Assembly: GCA_036172245.1 (NCBI GenBank)
Contig: JAYWIR010000003.1
Span: 186,001-250,000 of the forward strand
Direction: 5' to 3'
Origin: Raillietiella orientalis
Lineage: Eukaryota
Length of the DNA stretch: 64,000 nt
The notes under the pieces were generated by a model, which saw only the letters and a program-made list of their open reading frames with translations, was not told where the DNA came from and ran no database searches. Positions 62,801 through 64,000 of this stretch are shown in pieces. Made by a program: the position numbers and the translations under genes. Positions within the stretch are counted from its first letter, which is position 1. Each line of letters starts with the position of its first letter.

Positions 62801-64000
62801 GGGGGAGTGCAGGAGCGGGTCGTAGGAGTACCTGGGGTCGGAGAGACGGTGTCAGAGGGACGAGGGAAACAGCGGGGGGGGGAGAGGGGAGAGAGTCCCC
62901 TCACTTGGCGACGTAGACGTAGCACCTGCCGATCCCGGGAACCTCCAGCATGTCGATCTTGCACTGCAGATCCGTTGCCTCCGGGAGCGCTGGAAGTGGA
63001 GAGAGGAGGAAGGAATGGGGGAGAGCATTTCGCGCGATGGCCGGAGGGCGTCGCCCCTCCCGCAGCAGCTCACGGGTCCGGAGAGGGGCAGGAATGGGAT
63101 GACGGACGGGGAAAAGGATGATGGAAAAGGGGGGGTCACGCGTTCCAGGCGCGCGGGCAAACTGCCGCCTCCAGGCAGATGGGGACTACTTACCTTTCGC
63201 TCCCGTGTTGCCATGGGCGCTCGCTCCTGGTGGTTCCCTAGCGACAGTGATCTCCTCCTTCGCTGGGACGACCACCGAGAGCTCGGGGGCCGTCGCCACG
63301 TGCTTCTTGCCGGGAAGATCCGTCTGGCTGCAGCCTGCAAGGGAGGAGCAGGGCGGCGGGGGATTCCGAAACCGGGATGCGGAACGGGAGGGTGCAGCAG
63401 GTCTTCCCGGCTGGACCGGAGAAGGCGCGGGGAGAGACCGCAGGGTTGCCGCCCTCTCACCTTCGGTGGAGCTGTCCGGAAGCGGGCGCAAAGGGGGGGC
63501 GGGCAGGACCTGCCCCGACCTTCCCCTGGGCCCGCCTCCGTTCAGCTGCGGGGGCGGCGGCTCCATGCCGAGCTCGTGTCGCAGGCCGGTCACGTTGTCC
63601 AGCTTTCTGTCCAGTTCATCAGCCAGGTGGTTGACCCTGTCGATGCCCATGTCCAGGGCGCTGGGCAGCTCTGCACGGGAAGAGGGGGAAGGGGGGCAAG
63701 AGAAGCAGGGGGCCAGTGGGGAGCGTGGGGAAAGGTCGCAGGGGGCTGAGGCACCGACCGTGGTTGGACGAAGAGGGTAGCCGCCTCCGCGCTCCGTGGT
63801 CCACCGTGTTGCCTCCTCCTCCTCCTCCTCCTGGCTGGCACGCGAAACCTGAAGCACGCGCGGGACTGAAGAAGGAAAACGGAACCCCTCCTCCACCCCT
63901 CCCCGCCCCACCTGGACCCCTCCGCGGGCCCCGCCCACCTTTCTTGATGGCTGCCAGGTCCAGCATCAGCTCTTCGTGAAGCACCCCCTGCAGCTCGCTC
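50870..64000 (-). CDS. RIMBP2: RIMS-binding protein (RIM-BP/RBP; SH3-FN3x3-SH3-SH3), 5' part outside the window
   Basis: Phase-consistent exons (minus): >64000-63939, 63848-63759, 63670-63461, 63334-63194, 62989-62905, 62831-62729, 61412-61211, 61005-60928, 59036-58828, 58766-58523, 58450-58325, 58237-57882, 57575-57539, 57464-57228, 57165-56849, 56746-56492, 52924-52738, and putative last exon 50934-50870. Motifs: [18 protein letters not shown]...[87 protein letters not shown]...[13 protein letters not shown]...GLVPSNFL. The terminal exon is tentative; the symbol denotes the closest family member. Confidence 0.95.
51280..51780 (+). mobile_element. Probable decayed LINE ORF2 fragment inside the last RIMBP intron
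   Basis: 51650-51725 resembles 18705-18770 of the Tx1-like fragment. Confidence 0.35.
53092..53715 (+). repeat. Inverted duplicate of RIMBP SH3-1 exon block, lying antisense within a RIMBP intron
   Basis: Reverse complement of 62479-63102. Contains exon copies 53205-53289 and 53363-53465 with intact splice sites. Confidence 0.95.
57590..57795 (+). repeat. Polypurine (A/G) tract in RIMBP intron
   Basis: Directly visible. Contains one end of the duplicated block. Confidence 0.85.
59600..59832 (+). repeat. Polypurine (A/G) tract in RIMBP intron
   Basis: Directly visible. Shares units (gggagcaggaa, aaacagagaga) with the other purine/pyrimidine tracts. Confidence 0.85.

Noticed and set aside
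1..64000. CRISPR array, operons, rRNA or other prokaryotic systems
   Set aside because: No regularly spaced direct repeats or rRNA-like sequence. Spliceosomal introns and metazoan genes show this is animal DNA.

Overview
Eukaryotic (invertebrate animal) genomic DNA with very short introns, alternating between GC-rich and AT-rich blocks. Recognisable genes are a six-exon protein O-fucosyltransferase 1 (POFUT1, +, 24791-26132, introns 40-46 nt), an intronless immediate-early-response (IER family) gene (+, 26944-27624) with a CRE upstream and an AU-rich element downstream, and a RIMS-binding protein gene (RIMBP/RBP; 3 SH3 + 3 FN3; minus strand, entering from beyond 64000 and ending at about 50870). 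A five-exon gene for a Cys-rich, probably secreted protein I cannot assign (+, about 49147-50690) converges on RIMBP. Much of the rest is decayed non-LTR retrotransposon sequence (an L1/Tx1-like family with a conserved 3' end, plus EN/RT remnants) and a long tRNA-headed SINE-like family. The most unusual structure is two near-identical inverted copies of RIMBP exon blocks. One lies antisense inside a late RIMBP intron (53092-53715 vs 62479-63102) and predicts a ~620-bp fold-back duplex in the pre-mRNA. The other lies about 17 kb beyond the gene end (32883-33962 vs 57613-58692). All calls are by eye from the sequence; no searches were run, and identity estimates are manual.
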